A stretch of DNA of 36,491 bases from Nanobdellota archaeon (GCA_038046025.1 JBBSWZ010000075.1:1-36491); one strand, 5' to 3'. Shown: positions 17,205-25,035, counted from the stretch's first letter. The notes: a model not told the origin generated them from the letters alone. Made by a program: numbers and translations.

Positions 17205-18027
17205 GCAATAAATAATATTGCATTCTGTCAATATTATAAGTTATTAGTTTGCTTATTAACTCTACCTTCTGAGTTGCACAGCTTCTTGATCTAAGTACAG
17301 AACCATATTTCCTTTTAATCACAGAGAATATAGTCTCTACCTTACTTCTCTGATGATAGTCTTTCCCATATATCTTACTATTCCCTATATGTCCATAATA
17401 ATTAGTATGGCTTCTTACTGGAATAATCGGCATAGCCTTTAATTTCCTAATCACAAAACCTCTATTCTTACGACTATCATATCCTTTATCAGCTATAACT
17501 TGTTTAAAATTTAGATCTCTTACTAGATTTATGAAATCAAGAGTATCATTCCTAACCTTCTTCCTTATTTTGTATCTCATAATAAGCTGTTTTTCAAGAT
17601 CAGCTGATATACTTAATTTCATGAATTGCTTTGTTTTCTGCTTATCGGAGCTATTTCTTAGAGTTTTATAATAATAACTTTTACTTTCTAACTCAAATCC
17701 TGTTGCATCTATTCCAACAGTAACTGCTTGTCTAATACCAAGCAGTTTATGTATTTGTTTCCTAGTCTTATTAACAAATCTAACAATAGTACTATGAGAA
17801 GGTACTCTTGTTAGTCCTAGATGCATTCTCATGTCAGAACTAGCTCTTAGTATAGAAGCTATTCCTCTTGTAGTTGTCTTAAACTTCTGCATTAAGACAT
17901 ATATTGCAAACTTCTGATAGTTGCAATATATCTTGTTAGAATACTTACTAAAGTACCTGGGTAGTGATTTAGCAAGATCAAGTGCATCATCTATAAACTT
18001 TAAATAATCTGAATACTCCTTATTCAT
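17170..18027 (-). CDS. DDE transposase (IS5/IS4 family, DDE_Tnp_1-like)
   Basis: 285 aa. GIDATGFE (first D), ADKGYDSRKNR (second D) and RSKVETIFSVIKRKYG (the E region typical of the IS5 family). A GAGGTG SD lies 7 nt upstream of the ATG at 18025-18027. The ORF reads through the left IR, and its stop lies 10 nt outside it. Confidence 0.8.
   Translation of the reverse strand: MNKEYSDYLKFIDDALDLAKSLPRYFSKYSNKIYCNYQKFAIYVLMQKFKTTTRGIASILRASSDMRMHLGLTRVPSHSTIVRFVNKTRKQIHKLLGIRQAVTVGIDATGFELESKSYYYKTLRNSSDKQKTKQFMKLSISADLEKQLIMRYKIRKKVRNDTLDFINLVRDLNFKQVIADKGYDSRKNRGFVIRKLKAMPIIPVRSHTNYYGHIGNSKIYGKDYHQRSKVETIFSVIKRKYGSVLRSRSCATQKVELISKLITYNIDRMQYYLLLILRVAPEPLL
17172..17179. repeat. Left copy of the 8-bp target-site duplication (AGAGAAGG)
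   Basis: An identical octamer occurs at 18105-18112. Each copy lies one base outside the terminal inverted repeat. Confidence 0.55.
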
Positions 18028-18104
18028 TGAGGTCCACCTCTTTGTCCTTTTATAAGGAGGCCTAGGACCTCATTCTTTTAAAATTATAGGAATGCACCAG
18101 AGCA
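17180..18104 (-). mobile_element. Intact ~925-bp insertion sequence (IS5/IS4-type DDE transposase, one ORF)
   Basis: Terminal inverted repeats are GCTCTGGTGCAACCCT (17181-17196) and the reverse complement of 18088-18103 (GCTCTGGTGCATTCCT). That is 14 of 16 identical, with the first 11 perfect. Flanked by the 8-bp direct repeat AGAGAAGG. A single transposase ORF fills the element. Confidence 0.7.
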
Positions 18105-18112
18105 AGAGAAGG
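18105..18112. repeat. Right copy of the 8-bp target-site duplication (AGAGAAGG)
   Basis: Identical to 17172-17179. Confidence 0.55.
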
Positions 18113-18148
18113 AAACGTTTAAAAAGATTGAGAATTGGGGGACGTGTT

Positions 18149-18826
18149 ATGTCAAATATAAAAGCGGTTATCTTTGATATTGGAAAAGTACTAGCTGATT
18201 TTGATATGGATAGGGCTTGGACCGCCTTTGCTAAATTTACTGAGATTCCTGCTTCTGAAATGGAAGGTATAGTTTACGAAACCTCTGATAAAGAGGTACT
18301 AAAATATGGTACTTCTAAAAAGGATGATATTGTTAAAAGATATAATACTTGTAATGTTGATGATGCTAGGTTTCGTGAATGGATGCGAGAAAGATTACAA
18401 TTAAGAAATATAACTGATGAAGAATTTGATCAGGCTTGGGGTGATATTTTTACCACAAATGGCCCTGTTTGTGGTTTGGTAAAAAAATTATCTAATAATG
18501 GATATACACTTGTAGCTTTAAGTGATACGAATCCTATACAGATGAGATATATAATGCAAACTATTCCAGATACGATGAGATTATTTAATGGAAGAGTTCT
18601 TACCTCCTTTGATATAGGAGTTATGAAGCCTGATGAGAGAACTTACAATGAAGCTGTTAAGACAGCTGGAGTTCAAAGCGGAGAATGGGTATATGTTGAT
18701 GATAGAAAAAAATATGTTAGTCCTGTAAGTAAATTAGGTGGACATGGAATATGGTATGATTGGGATAACCCTAGAAGAGATGAGATATTATTAAAAGATT
18801 TAAAAGATTTAGGAGTGAGATTTTAA
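18149..18826 (+). CDS. HAD-IA hydrolase, YihX-like (sugar-1-phosphate phosphatase type)
   Basis: Motif I AVIFDIGKVL (D-x-G variant, as in E. coli YihX IFDLGNVI). Motif II LVALSDTN. Motif III KPDERTY. Motif IV VYVDDR. The overall layout parallels YihX. The track start 18092 lies inside the IS inverted repeat. ATG 18149 is preceded by GGGGG (18137-18141). Confidence 0.7.
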   Translation: MSNIKAVIFDIGKVLADFDMDRAWTAFAKFTEIPASEMEGIVYETSDKEVLKYGTSKKDDIVKRYNTCNVDDARFREWMRERLQLRNITDEEFDQAWGDIFTTNGPVCGLVKKLSNNGYTLVALSDTNPIQMRYIMQTIPDTMRLFNGRVLTSFDIGVMKPDERTYNEAVKTAGVQSGEWVYVDDRKKYVSPVSKLGGHGIWYDWDNPRRDEILLKDLKDLGVRF

Positions 18827-19885
18827 ATGGCTGATGAAACTGTTTTGGAAATATGGAGCAGAAAAAGAACTTGGTTATTAAATGGAGGTGGTAACTATCC
18901 ACAACTAAGAGGAGAGGTTTCTTTGGGGGGTTTAAAAAAGAAATTAGATGCCAATATAGTATTGCCTAGGAATGAAAGGATTGCTTGTTTAGAAACCCTA
19001 AGAATTGATGAAGAACAAGCAGATCCTGGTAAGACTAGTGAGTGGGAAGCTATGTATAGTATGGGTCTTAGAGAGGCACTTTTTTCATGGCATTTAGGAC
19101 TTAACAAGGCTAGAAATAAAGCTAATGCTATTATTGATGATATGTTTCCTAGTAGACATGTATTAGGTTTGAATTCTGGTATCTTGCCACTTGGTATAAT
19201 GGGGATTACCTTGACAAGAGACGGAGGTAATTTTTTACTTGGTGTTAGAGATCCTAATGCTACTGCAACTGTTGGTAATTATTGTTTAGTTCCTGCTGGT
19301 TTTTTTGGTTTTAGAAAACCTGGCGCTGACGACAAAAAAGTAGTTTCAAATACATTTTACCGAGAATTTTTTGAAGAAGTTCTGTATGGACCTGATTTTT
19401 TTGATCTTAATCCTGCTGAAGCACTTCAAAGCTATATTGATCCGTTGGTGAGATCCTATAGTCAAGGACAAATTAGTCTTCCGCATATTGTTGGATTAAC
19501 CTATGAGGATAGAAACAATAGAGGGTTTGGAGTTCCAATTACATTCAAAACTTCATTTACTGCTAAAGGACTGAATGAATATCTTAAAGCAAAAAATCCT
19601 GATGTAGAACATATAGGATACGAACTTAGAGAATTTTCGCCTGAATCTATTGAGCATCTTGTAAGAAGCCGTGGAAGAGGAGTGGAGATACATACACTTG
19701 GTGCTTTACTTTGTGCTGGAGAAAATGAATTTGAAAATGGTGAGGAATGGTATCAAAAAATGGTGACTAAGGTAGTGCCGCAACATTATGGAAAAGTGAT
19801 GACTTTACCTGAAACAACTTTTGATGAGACTAGAGATGTGGTGGAATTAATCAAAGGAACAATGCCACGAAGATATCCAAGCTAG
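18827..19885 (+). CDS. Hypothetical protein, divergent paralog of 16155..17204, with a degenerate Nudix box
   Basis: 352 aa. GNYCLVPAGFFG...DDKKVVSNTFYREFFEEV aligns with GRYNVFAGFIS...DGKKVDITDFFGQAKAELLEES of the upstream protein. R-E-F-x-E-E is retained, but the following G-U and the upstream E are lost. Its ATG directly abuts the HAD stop (TAAATG), and an AGGAGTG SD lies upstream. Confidence 0.45.
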   Translation: MADETVLEIWSRKRTWLLNGGGNYPQLRGEVSLGGLKKKLDANIVLPRNERIACLETLRIDEEQADPGKTSEWEAMYSMGLREALFSWHLGLNKARNKANAIIDDMFPSRHVLGLNSGILPLGIMGITLTRDGGNFLLGVRDPNATATVGNYCLVPAGFFGFRKPGADDKKVVSNTFYREFFEEVLYGPDFFDLNPAEALQSYIDPLVRSYSQGQISLPHIVGLTYEDRNNRGFGVPITFKTSFTAKGLNEYLKAKNPDVEHIGYELREFSPESIEHLVRSRGRGVEIHTLGALLCAGENEFENGEEWYQKMVTKVVPQHYGKVMTLPETTFDETRDVVELIKGTMPRRYPS

Positions 19886-19959
19886 TCTAAATCAAGAATT
19901 GGTTTGTGATGCAAGGTTACCCAAAAGAATAGAGTATAACATTATTGATTTATACTTTT

Positions 19960-20331
19960 TTATTTTTTTATAAATTCAACATTGTCTAGATTTTCAAATT
20001 GTTTATCCCCTGTTAAAAATTTAATTCCTAATTCTTTTGCTTGGGTATAAGAAATACAATCTGTCATAGATAGATTTTTGTTTTTGTTATCTATCCTAAA
20101 TAACATTGCCCTTATGATGGTTTTAGGAGTTGCATGGATAATTGCTGGTGAAACTTCTGCAATATATTCGTTTGCATTATTAACCCTCTCTCGAAACAAT
20201 TTAAAACAAAGTTCGGCAAATATAAAATCGTTAATAACTATGCCTGTCTCTGTAAATTTTTCATAATTTATGTTCTTATTTAAAATCTCTATCAGAGCAT
20301 AAGTATCATAAAGGAAAGTATCTTCATTCAT
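19960..20331 (-). CDS. vapC: PIN-domain toxin VapC
   Basis: The four acidic positions lie in FLYDTYALIEIL, FAELCF, SMTDCISY and LTGDKQF. The track start 20349 is TTG. ATG 20329-20331 overlaps the vapB stop by 8 nt. Confidence 0.75.
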   Translation of the reverse strand: MNEDTFLYDTYALIEILNKNINYEKFTETGIVINDFIFAELCFKLFRERVNNANEYIAEVSPAIIHATPKTIIRAMLFRIDNKNKNLSMTDCISYTQAKELGIKFLTGDKQFENLDNVEFIKK

Positions 20332-20548
20332 TATATAATTCCTTATCAATCTCTCGCATCATTTGTTCTACTGGTTTTTTAAATTTGTGGGCACCGAAAA
20401 ATTTCCTCAGATTCGGTTTGTTTTTCATTATCATAACAATTACTTCATCATTTTCCCGTATTCTAGTATCATCTTTTATGGCACTTTGTGGTACTACTAT
20501 TCCAAATGAATTTCCCCATTTCCTTAGTTTAGATTTTATTTCTATCAT
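20324..20548 (-). CDS. vapB: AbrB/SpoVT/MazE-fold antitoxin VapB
   Basis: 74 aa. LRKWGNSFGIVVPQSAI is the looped-hinge-helix swapped-hairpin signature. Lies immediately upstream of the PIN gene and overlaps it. Confidence 0.75.
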   Translation of the reverse strand: MIEIKSKLRKWGNSFGIVVPQSAIKDDTRIRENDEVIVMIMKNKPNLRKFFGAHKFKKPVEQMMREIDKELYNE

Positions 20549-20558
20549 ATGTATAAAC

Positions 20559-20572
20559 AGTATAATTATACT
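20559..20572. promoter_or_regulatory. 14-bp perfect palindrome (candidate VapB operator) in the vapBC promoter
   Basis: AGTATAATTATACT is its own reverse complement. It sits 11-24 nt upstream of the vapB ATG (20548) and abuts a TTTATATA box (reverse complement of 20572-20579). Confidence 0.4.
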
Positions 20573-20598
20573 ATATAAACTTTTCTATTTTAGAAGAA

Positions 20599-21618
20599 TT
20601 AGACTATTTCTACCTTTTCACCATTATTCTTTAAAGATTTTTGGGTTGCTTCTAAAACTTTTAAAACATCTATAGCGTTTTGTCCGTTTGTTATTGGTTC
20701 AGAATTATTTTTAATACTTTTGATAAAATGAAGTACTTGCTCTTTTAATGGCTCTGGTATTTTTAAATTTGGTAATAATATATCTCCTTCCATTAACCTT
20801 ATGGAGTAATCTTTGTATTCTAAGCCGGTATAATCCACTGTTTTAGCTGCCTCTGCTCCTTTTGAGAATATTGTTATTTTATCTTGAGCTATATCATCAA
20901 AGATAATCATTTTTTGACTTCCCACTAATGTAATTTCTCTGACTTTTTTTGGACTTAACCAAGACGCTTCTATTGTTGCTTTAACTCCATTTTCAAATTC
21001 TAAAAATATATTAACAAAATCCTCTATATCCTTTTCTTTTTGGATAAAAGAACCGCCATTAGCTATAACATATTTAGGTAGTGAATTTAATAGATATAGG
21101 AAAACTGAGATATCATGTGTTGCTAAATCGTGTAATGCACTAACGTCAGTTCTTATTGGACCAAGATTGTTTCTTCTTGCAGTTAAATAAAGAACATCAC
21201 CTACTTCTTTAGTGTCTATATATCCTTTTAATTTTTTAATTGCATTATTGTATAAAAAAGTATGTCCCACCATGAGAGACTTATTTTTTTCTTTTGCTAA
21301 ATTTACAAGTTCTTCTGAAGTTTTTAAAGAATGTGTTAAAGGTTTTTCTACTAAAACATGTTTCTCATGATTTAAACATTGTTTTGCTAATTCAAAATGT
21401 GTTGATGTATCTGTTGCTATTATTACTGCTTGTACTTCATTATCTTTAAAAATTTCATTTGGATCTATGGTTGTTCTTACTTTGAAAATCCTAGATACTT
21501 CTGATAATTTTGATTCATCTTTATCACAGACGTATAATAAATTGGAGTCTTCTAATTCACTAAGAACTCTAACATAATTTCTACCCCAATATCCACAACC
21601 TATTATGGCAAGTTTCAT
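20599..21618 (-). CDS. Gfo/Idh/MocA-family NAD(P)-dependent sugar oxidoreductase (WbpB/WlbA-like)
   Basis: 339 aa. N-terminal Rossmann motif MKLAIIGCGYWGRNY. ...HVLVEKPL (the EKP motif), ...GHTFLYN..., and a C-terminal alpha/beta dimerisation-type domain. Confidence 0.8.
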   Translation of the reverse strand: MKLAIIGCGYWGRNYVRVLSELEDSNLLYVCDKDESKLSEVSRIFKVRTTIDPNEIFKDNEVQAVIIATDTSTHFELAKQCLNHEKHVLVEKPLTHSLKTSEELVNLAKEKNKSLMVGHTFLYNNAIKKLKGYIDTKEVGDVLYLTARRNNLGPIRTDVSALHDLATHDISVFLYLLNSLPKYVIANGGSFIQKEKDIEDFVNIFLEFENGVKATIEASWLSPKKVREITLVGSQKMIIFDDIAQDKITIFSKGAEAAKTVDYTGLEYKDYSIRLMEGDILLPNLKIPEPLKEQVLHFIKSIKNNSEPITNGQNAIDVLKVLEATQKSLKNNGEKVEIV

Positions 21619-21647
21619 ACATACCCTTCCTAGCTGAGAATTTTGGT

Positions 21648-22202
21648 TTATTGTGGATTAATAAATATTTCTATTTTTTCCTTAGAGTATTTATCTAAAG
21701 TTGGTTTTACCCCGAATGGTTTTCTGAATTTATCCAAGAAATATCCATATGGTCTAGCTAATGCTGTATTTAGAACTGCATATGAAGCTAGAGCTACTCC
21801 TGTTTCTTTCCATGAAACTCCTGAAGATTGGAGGATTCCTGTGTAAACTATGCCGTTAAATATTAAACTAGCTGAAGTATCCACTAAAAATTTCCTTGTT
21901 TTACTGCTGCTTTCATCTGCCTTATATATTTGATCGGCATAAAACTGTCTCCATTTTCCAAATGGTCTTCCAAGTATAAAACCTAGTGGGATACTAATTA
22001 ATCTTGCTTTTAATGTTTCATAGGGACCAATACCGGCAATAACTAATTCATTAAAGGCTAATGTTGGTGTATAGAACACATTGATTGCAATACTATCAAC
22101 AAACCAATTTTTTATTTTTCTCTTTAGAGGTGTTGAAGTCAGCCATCTTTGTAGTTTGGTTTCTTCATTACCCATATTAACTATTTGTTCTAATTCTGAC
22201 AC
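21648..22202 (-). CDS. AlaE-like (L-alanine exporter family) small membrane protein
   Basis: ARLISIPLGFILGRPFGKWRQ and ARPYGYFLDKFRKPF resemble E. coli AlaE [21 protein letters not shown] and GAVYGYFLDYCRRLF (from my recall of that sequence). Four hydrophobic segments. The track start 22202 is GTG. An alternative ATG is at 22175. Confidence 0.45.
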   Translation of the reverse strand: MSELEQIVNMGNEETKLQRWLTSTPLKRKIKNWFVDSIAINVFYTPTLAFNELVIAGIGPYETLKARLISIPLGFILGRPFGKWRQFYADQIYKADESSSKTRKFLVDTSASLIFNGIVYTGILQSSGVSWKETGVALASYAVLNTALARPYGYFLDKFRKPFGVKPTLDKYSKEKIEIFINPQ

Positions 22203-22213
22203 TTTATACTTTC

Positions 22214-23194
22214 CTATTTTGTATATTTTCCAAATAAAAGTTTTCTGGAATAACCTACTATGTTACCGAAGATTTTTGTTGTTAAGAAAAATGGGTATAC
22301 TAAAAAAACTTGATAGTCTTTAACTTTAAGAGCTATTTTTGCTGATTGGATTAATATTGCTAAAATTATTAATGCTAATAAGAGTAGTAATGAATTTGAT
22401 AGAGATAATAAAGGAGTGTTATTTGTTGATCCTATTACGGCTCCTGTTATTGATGAGTTTAATGTTAATGTGAAGTAAATTCCTAAGCCTATTAAGGCTA
22501 TTAATCCTTTTTTCCATATATTCTTGAATAGGAATGATCCTCCTATCCATCTACTTTGAAAAAAAGTGTCTTTCCATGAAGAAGGATAGTTATGATATAA
22601 ATGGCAATCTTTTATTATTTTGAATTTTAATGGGTTTTTTTCACCTATTGATTGGTCATCTGCATATCCTCTTTTTGGATTGAATCCTCCTCTTTTAACG
22701 TATTCATCAATTAAGATTGCTTCAAAATTAGGAGCCCATCCTGAAGGAGTATTTGATGTGAATGAAACATATTTTCCATCATGAAGACCCCAACGAGCTG
22801 ACCAACATCTAGCCCATATGTTATCTTGGTTTAAAATATATTCTACATCATGCAAAGTTCCTTTTGCTTCTTTGTTTATTATTGGTCTTGCTAATTGTTC
22901 AATGAAGTCTTTAGGAGCTTGCATATCTCCTGCAAATAAAACCATTATTTTTCCTTTTGCTTCTTTAGCTCCCAAGTTCCATGCTTTTCCAGTACCACCA
23001 TGCTCTTGCTGAATTAATCTAACTTGAGAAAATTGTTTTACTTTTTCAACTGTTTTATCTGTTGAACCGTCATCTATTACAATTATTTCAATAGGTTTAT
23101 ATGATTGGTCTAGGAGTGATTGAATAGAATTAGAAATTAGTTCTTCTTCATTATATACTGGTATTACTACTGTTACTATTGGGTCTTTTACCAT
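22214..23194 (-). CDS. GT2-family glycosyltransferase with C-terminal transmembrane segments
   Basis: VTVVIPVYNEEELISNSIQSLLDQSY..IEIIVIDDGSTDKT is the classic GT-A/GT2 N-terminus. The C-terminal ~100 aa are hydrophobic. Confidence 0.8.
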   Translation of the reverse strand: MVKDPIVTVVIPVYNEEELISNSIQSLLDQSYKPIEIIVIDDGSTDKTVEKVKQFSQVRLIQQEHGGTGKAWNLGAKEAKGKIMVLFAGDMQAPKDFIEQLARPIINKEAKGTLHDVEYILNQDNIWARCWSARWGLHDGKYVSFTSNTPSGWAPNFEAILIDEYVKRGGFNPKRGYADDQSIGEKNPLKFKIIKDCHLYHNYPSSWKDTFFQSRWIGGSFLFKNIWKKGLIALIGLGIYFTLTLNSSITGAVIGSTNNTPLLSLSNSLLLLLALIILAILIQSAKIALKVKDYQVFLVYPFFLTTKIFGNIVGYSRKLLFGKYTK

Positions 23195-23287
23195 GTTTAA
23201 AAAACTTCAATTTATATGATTTATAAATTTTATTGATTACTGATTTAGACAAAAACTTTTATAAGTTTAACGTATTAAGTGGTGGTG

Positions 23288-23605
23288 ATGAGATTACATC
23301 CTATTAAGATACCTAAAAATTTGAATTTTATTGAAGTTGAAGATTTTAATAAACCTATAGTTATGGATAAGAAGTGTTTTCTTTTAATTAGGTTGAAGAA
23401 TGAGAAAATTGAGGTTGGAATTTGTAATTATAAGTATGAGATGATTAAAGCTTATAGGGGTAAGGATAATTTTGCTTTAGCTAAGAAGATATTAGATGAT
23501 GGGTGGATATCTAGATTAGATCATGCTGCTTATTTAGGTAGGGAACTTGCGAATGCTAAGAATTGTTTAGAGAATGGGAAGGAATATGTTCAGGAAGGTG
23601 CTTAA
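23288..23605 (+). CDS. DUF4346-like small protein
   Basis: ...CFLLIRLKNEKIEVGICNY...AYRGK...ISRLDHAAYLGRELANAKNCLENGKEYVQEG matches my recollection of the DUF4346 pattern (GYF.I......I.v.hY ... HAaYLGRELakAE..L..g..YvQD). The track start 23279 is GTG. ATG 23288 lies 24 nt after a TTTTATAA box (23257-23264). Confidence 0.45.
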   Translation: MRLHPIKIPKNLNFIEVEDFNKPIVMDKKCFLLIRLKNEKIEVGICNYKYEMIKAYRGKDNFALAKKILDDGWISRLDHAAYLGRELANAKNCLENGKEYVQEGA

Positions 23606-25035
23606 TTTTCAACAAATATCTTAGCTGTTTGAGAACCTACAAATTTTCTCGTTATTTCTGATTTCATTAAAACTTTATTTAGAACAACGTCTTTTACAAA
23701 TTCATATCTTAATGCTAAATATGCTAGATCTCCGAAGGTACCTAATTTACTTAATCTTCTTTTTAGTGCTTTTCTTTTGATTTTTCTTGAAGCTATTCTT
23801 GCTAATTTTAATGCTTTTTTTCTTTCTTCTGCTGAAAATTCTGGAGTTGCAAAAACAGGTTCATCTCCAAAGTAAGGAATTTCTTTAATATATTCTTCTG
23901 GTGGAATTATAAATAACCCTTTTTCTTTTACATAATCATATAATTCTGTTCCTGGATATGGAACTGTGTTATAGAAATTAGCACCACAAATAGGATATTT
24001 TAATGCCAAGTTAATTGAATCTTGTACGTCTTCGAAAGTTTCAGATTGATTCCCAACTTGGAAGAATAAAAAGACGTCAAATCCAAGTTCTGTTGATAAT
24101 TTAATTGCATCATCAATTTGTTCTATTGATTCACCTTTTTTCACAGCTTGTAAAACTTTATTGTTTCCTCCTTCAACTCCAAAAGAAACATATTTGAAAC
24201 CTGCTTGTTTCATTTTAGTTAAAACTTCTTGGTCAACCATATCTGCTCGAACGCCATCGCAAGCAATAGTCACTTTTAATCCTGATTCTATAATTTTGTC
24301 TGAAATTGCTATTACTCTTTTTTTATTTAAAGTAAAGTTATCATCTATTATATGAAAATATTTGAAACCTTTATTATTCCAATATTTCATTTCTTCTAAA
24401 ACATTATCTGATGTACGTGAACGAAATGGCATTCCAGATGCAAGTTTTACAGAACAAAAAGTACATTGATATGGACAACCCCTTGAAGTGACTAATGATA
24501 TACTTGAATTTTTGTATTTATCAAATTCACATTTTTCATATTTTGGAAATGGTAATTCATCAAGATTATGTATAAATGGTCTATTTTCATTTTCAATTAT
24601 ATTATTTCCGTCTCTGAAAATAAGATTTTGAATTTCCCTTAGATCCTTTCCTTTGCATAATTCAAGTAATGGAAACTCACCTTCAAGTTTAACTCCGAAA
24701 TCTGCTTTACATTCTCTTAGTACTTGAGTCTTTAATGTTGAAACATGAGGTCCTCCTGCAAATACTGTAAAACCTTTTTCTTTTAATGTGTCAACCACTT
24801 TGTAGCCAATGTCTCTGTTATAAGTTGTTAAAGAAACTGCTACTAGATCTGGGTTAAATTTCTTTATTTTTTTTAATGCTTGTTCTAGAGTATAGCCTAG
24901 ACGCATATCAATAGTGGAATTATCAATACCATGTTTGATTAAGAACTCTGATAAGTACCCAATTCCAGCATGTGGAAAATCTGGATAGTAGAACTGTTGT
25001 GCTGGTATTATGAACATAACTTTGTTAAATCTCAT
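23602..25035 (-). CDS. B12-binding-domain radical SAM enzyme (class B type)
   Basis: 477 aa. The N-terminal Rossmann-like cobalamin-domain layout is ...DLVAVSLTTYNR...VFAGGPHVS. The radical SAM cluster motif is TSRGCPYQCTFCS (C-x3-C-x2-C). Confidence 0.8.
   Translation of the reverse strand: MRFNKVMFIIPAQQFYYPDFPHAGIGYLSEFLIKHGIDNSTIDMRLGYTLEQALKKIKKFNPDLVAVSLTTYNRDIGYKVVDTLKEKGFTVFAGGPHVSTLKTQVLRECKADFGVKLEGEFPLLELCKGKDLREIQNLIFRDGNNIIENENRPFIHNLDELPFPKYEKCEFDKYKNSSISLVTSRGCPYQCTFCSVKLASGMPFRSRTSDNVLEEMKYWNNKGFKYFHIIDDNFTLNKKRVIAISDKIIESGLKVTIACDGVRADMVDQEVLTKMKQAGFKYVSFGVEGGNNKVLQAVKKGESIEQIDDAIKLSTELGFDVFLFFQVGNQSETFEDVQDSINLALKYPICGANFYNTVPYPGTELYDYVKEKGLFIIPPEEYIKEIPYFGDEPVFATPEFSAEERKKALKLARIASRKIKRKALKRRLSKLGTFGDLAYLALRYEFVKDVVLNKVLMKSEITRKFVGSQTAKIFVEN

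Noticed and set aside
18092-18148. The longer track start for the HAD ORF (MHQSKRRKRLKRLRIGGRV...).
   Set aside because: The first 4 codons (18092-18103) lie inside the IS right inverted repeat, and the 19-residue extension is an Arg/Lys-rich read-through. ATG 18149 has a G-rich RBS and starts right at HAD motif I.
17180-19885. The idea that the IS brought in the HAD and second Nudix-like genes as cargo (composite or transposon-borne island), prompted by their more Arg/Ala/Gly-rich composition.
   Set aside because: Both inverted repeats and the target duplication bracket only the 925-bp transposase unit. Deleting it in silico restores a seamless stop-codon/RBS junction between 16155..17204 and the HAD gene. 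There is no second IS copy in the window. This is a simple insertion.
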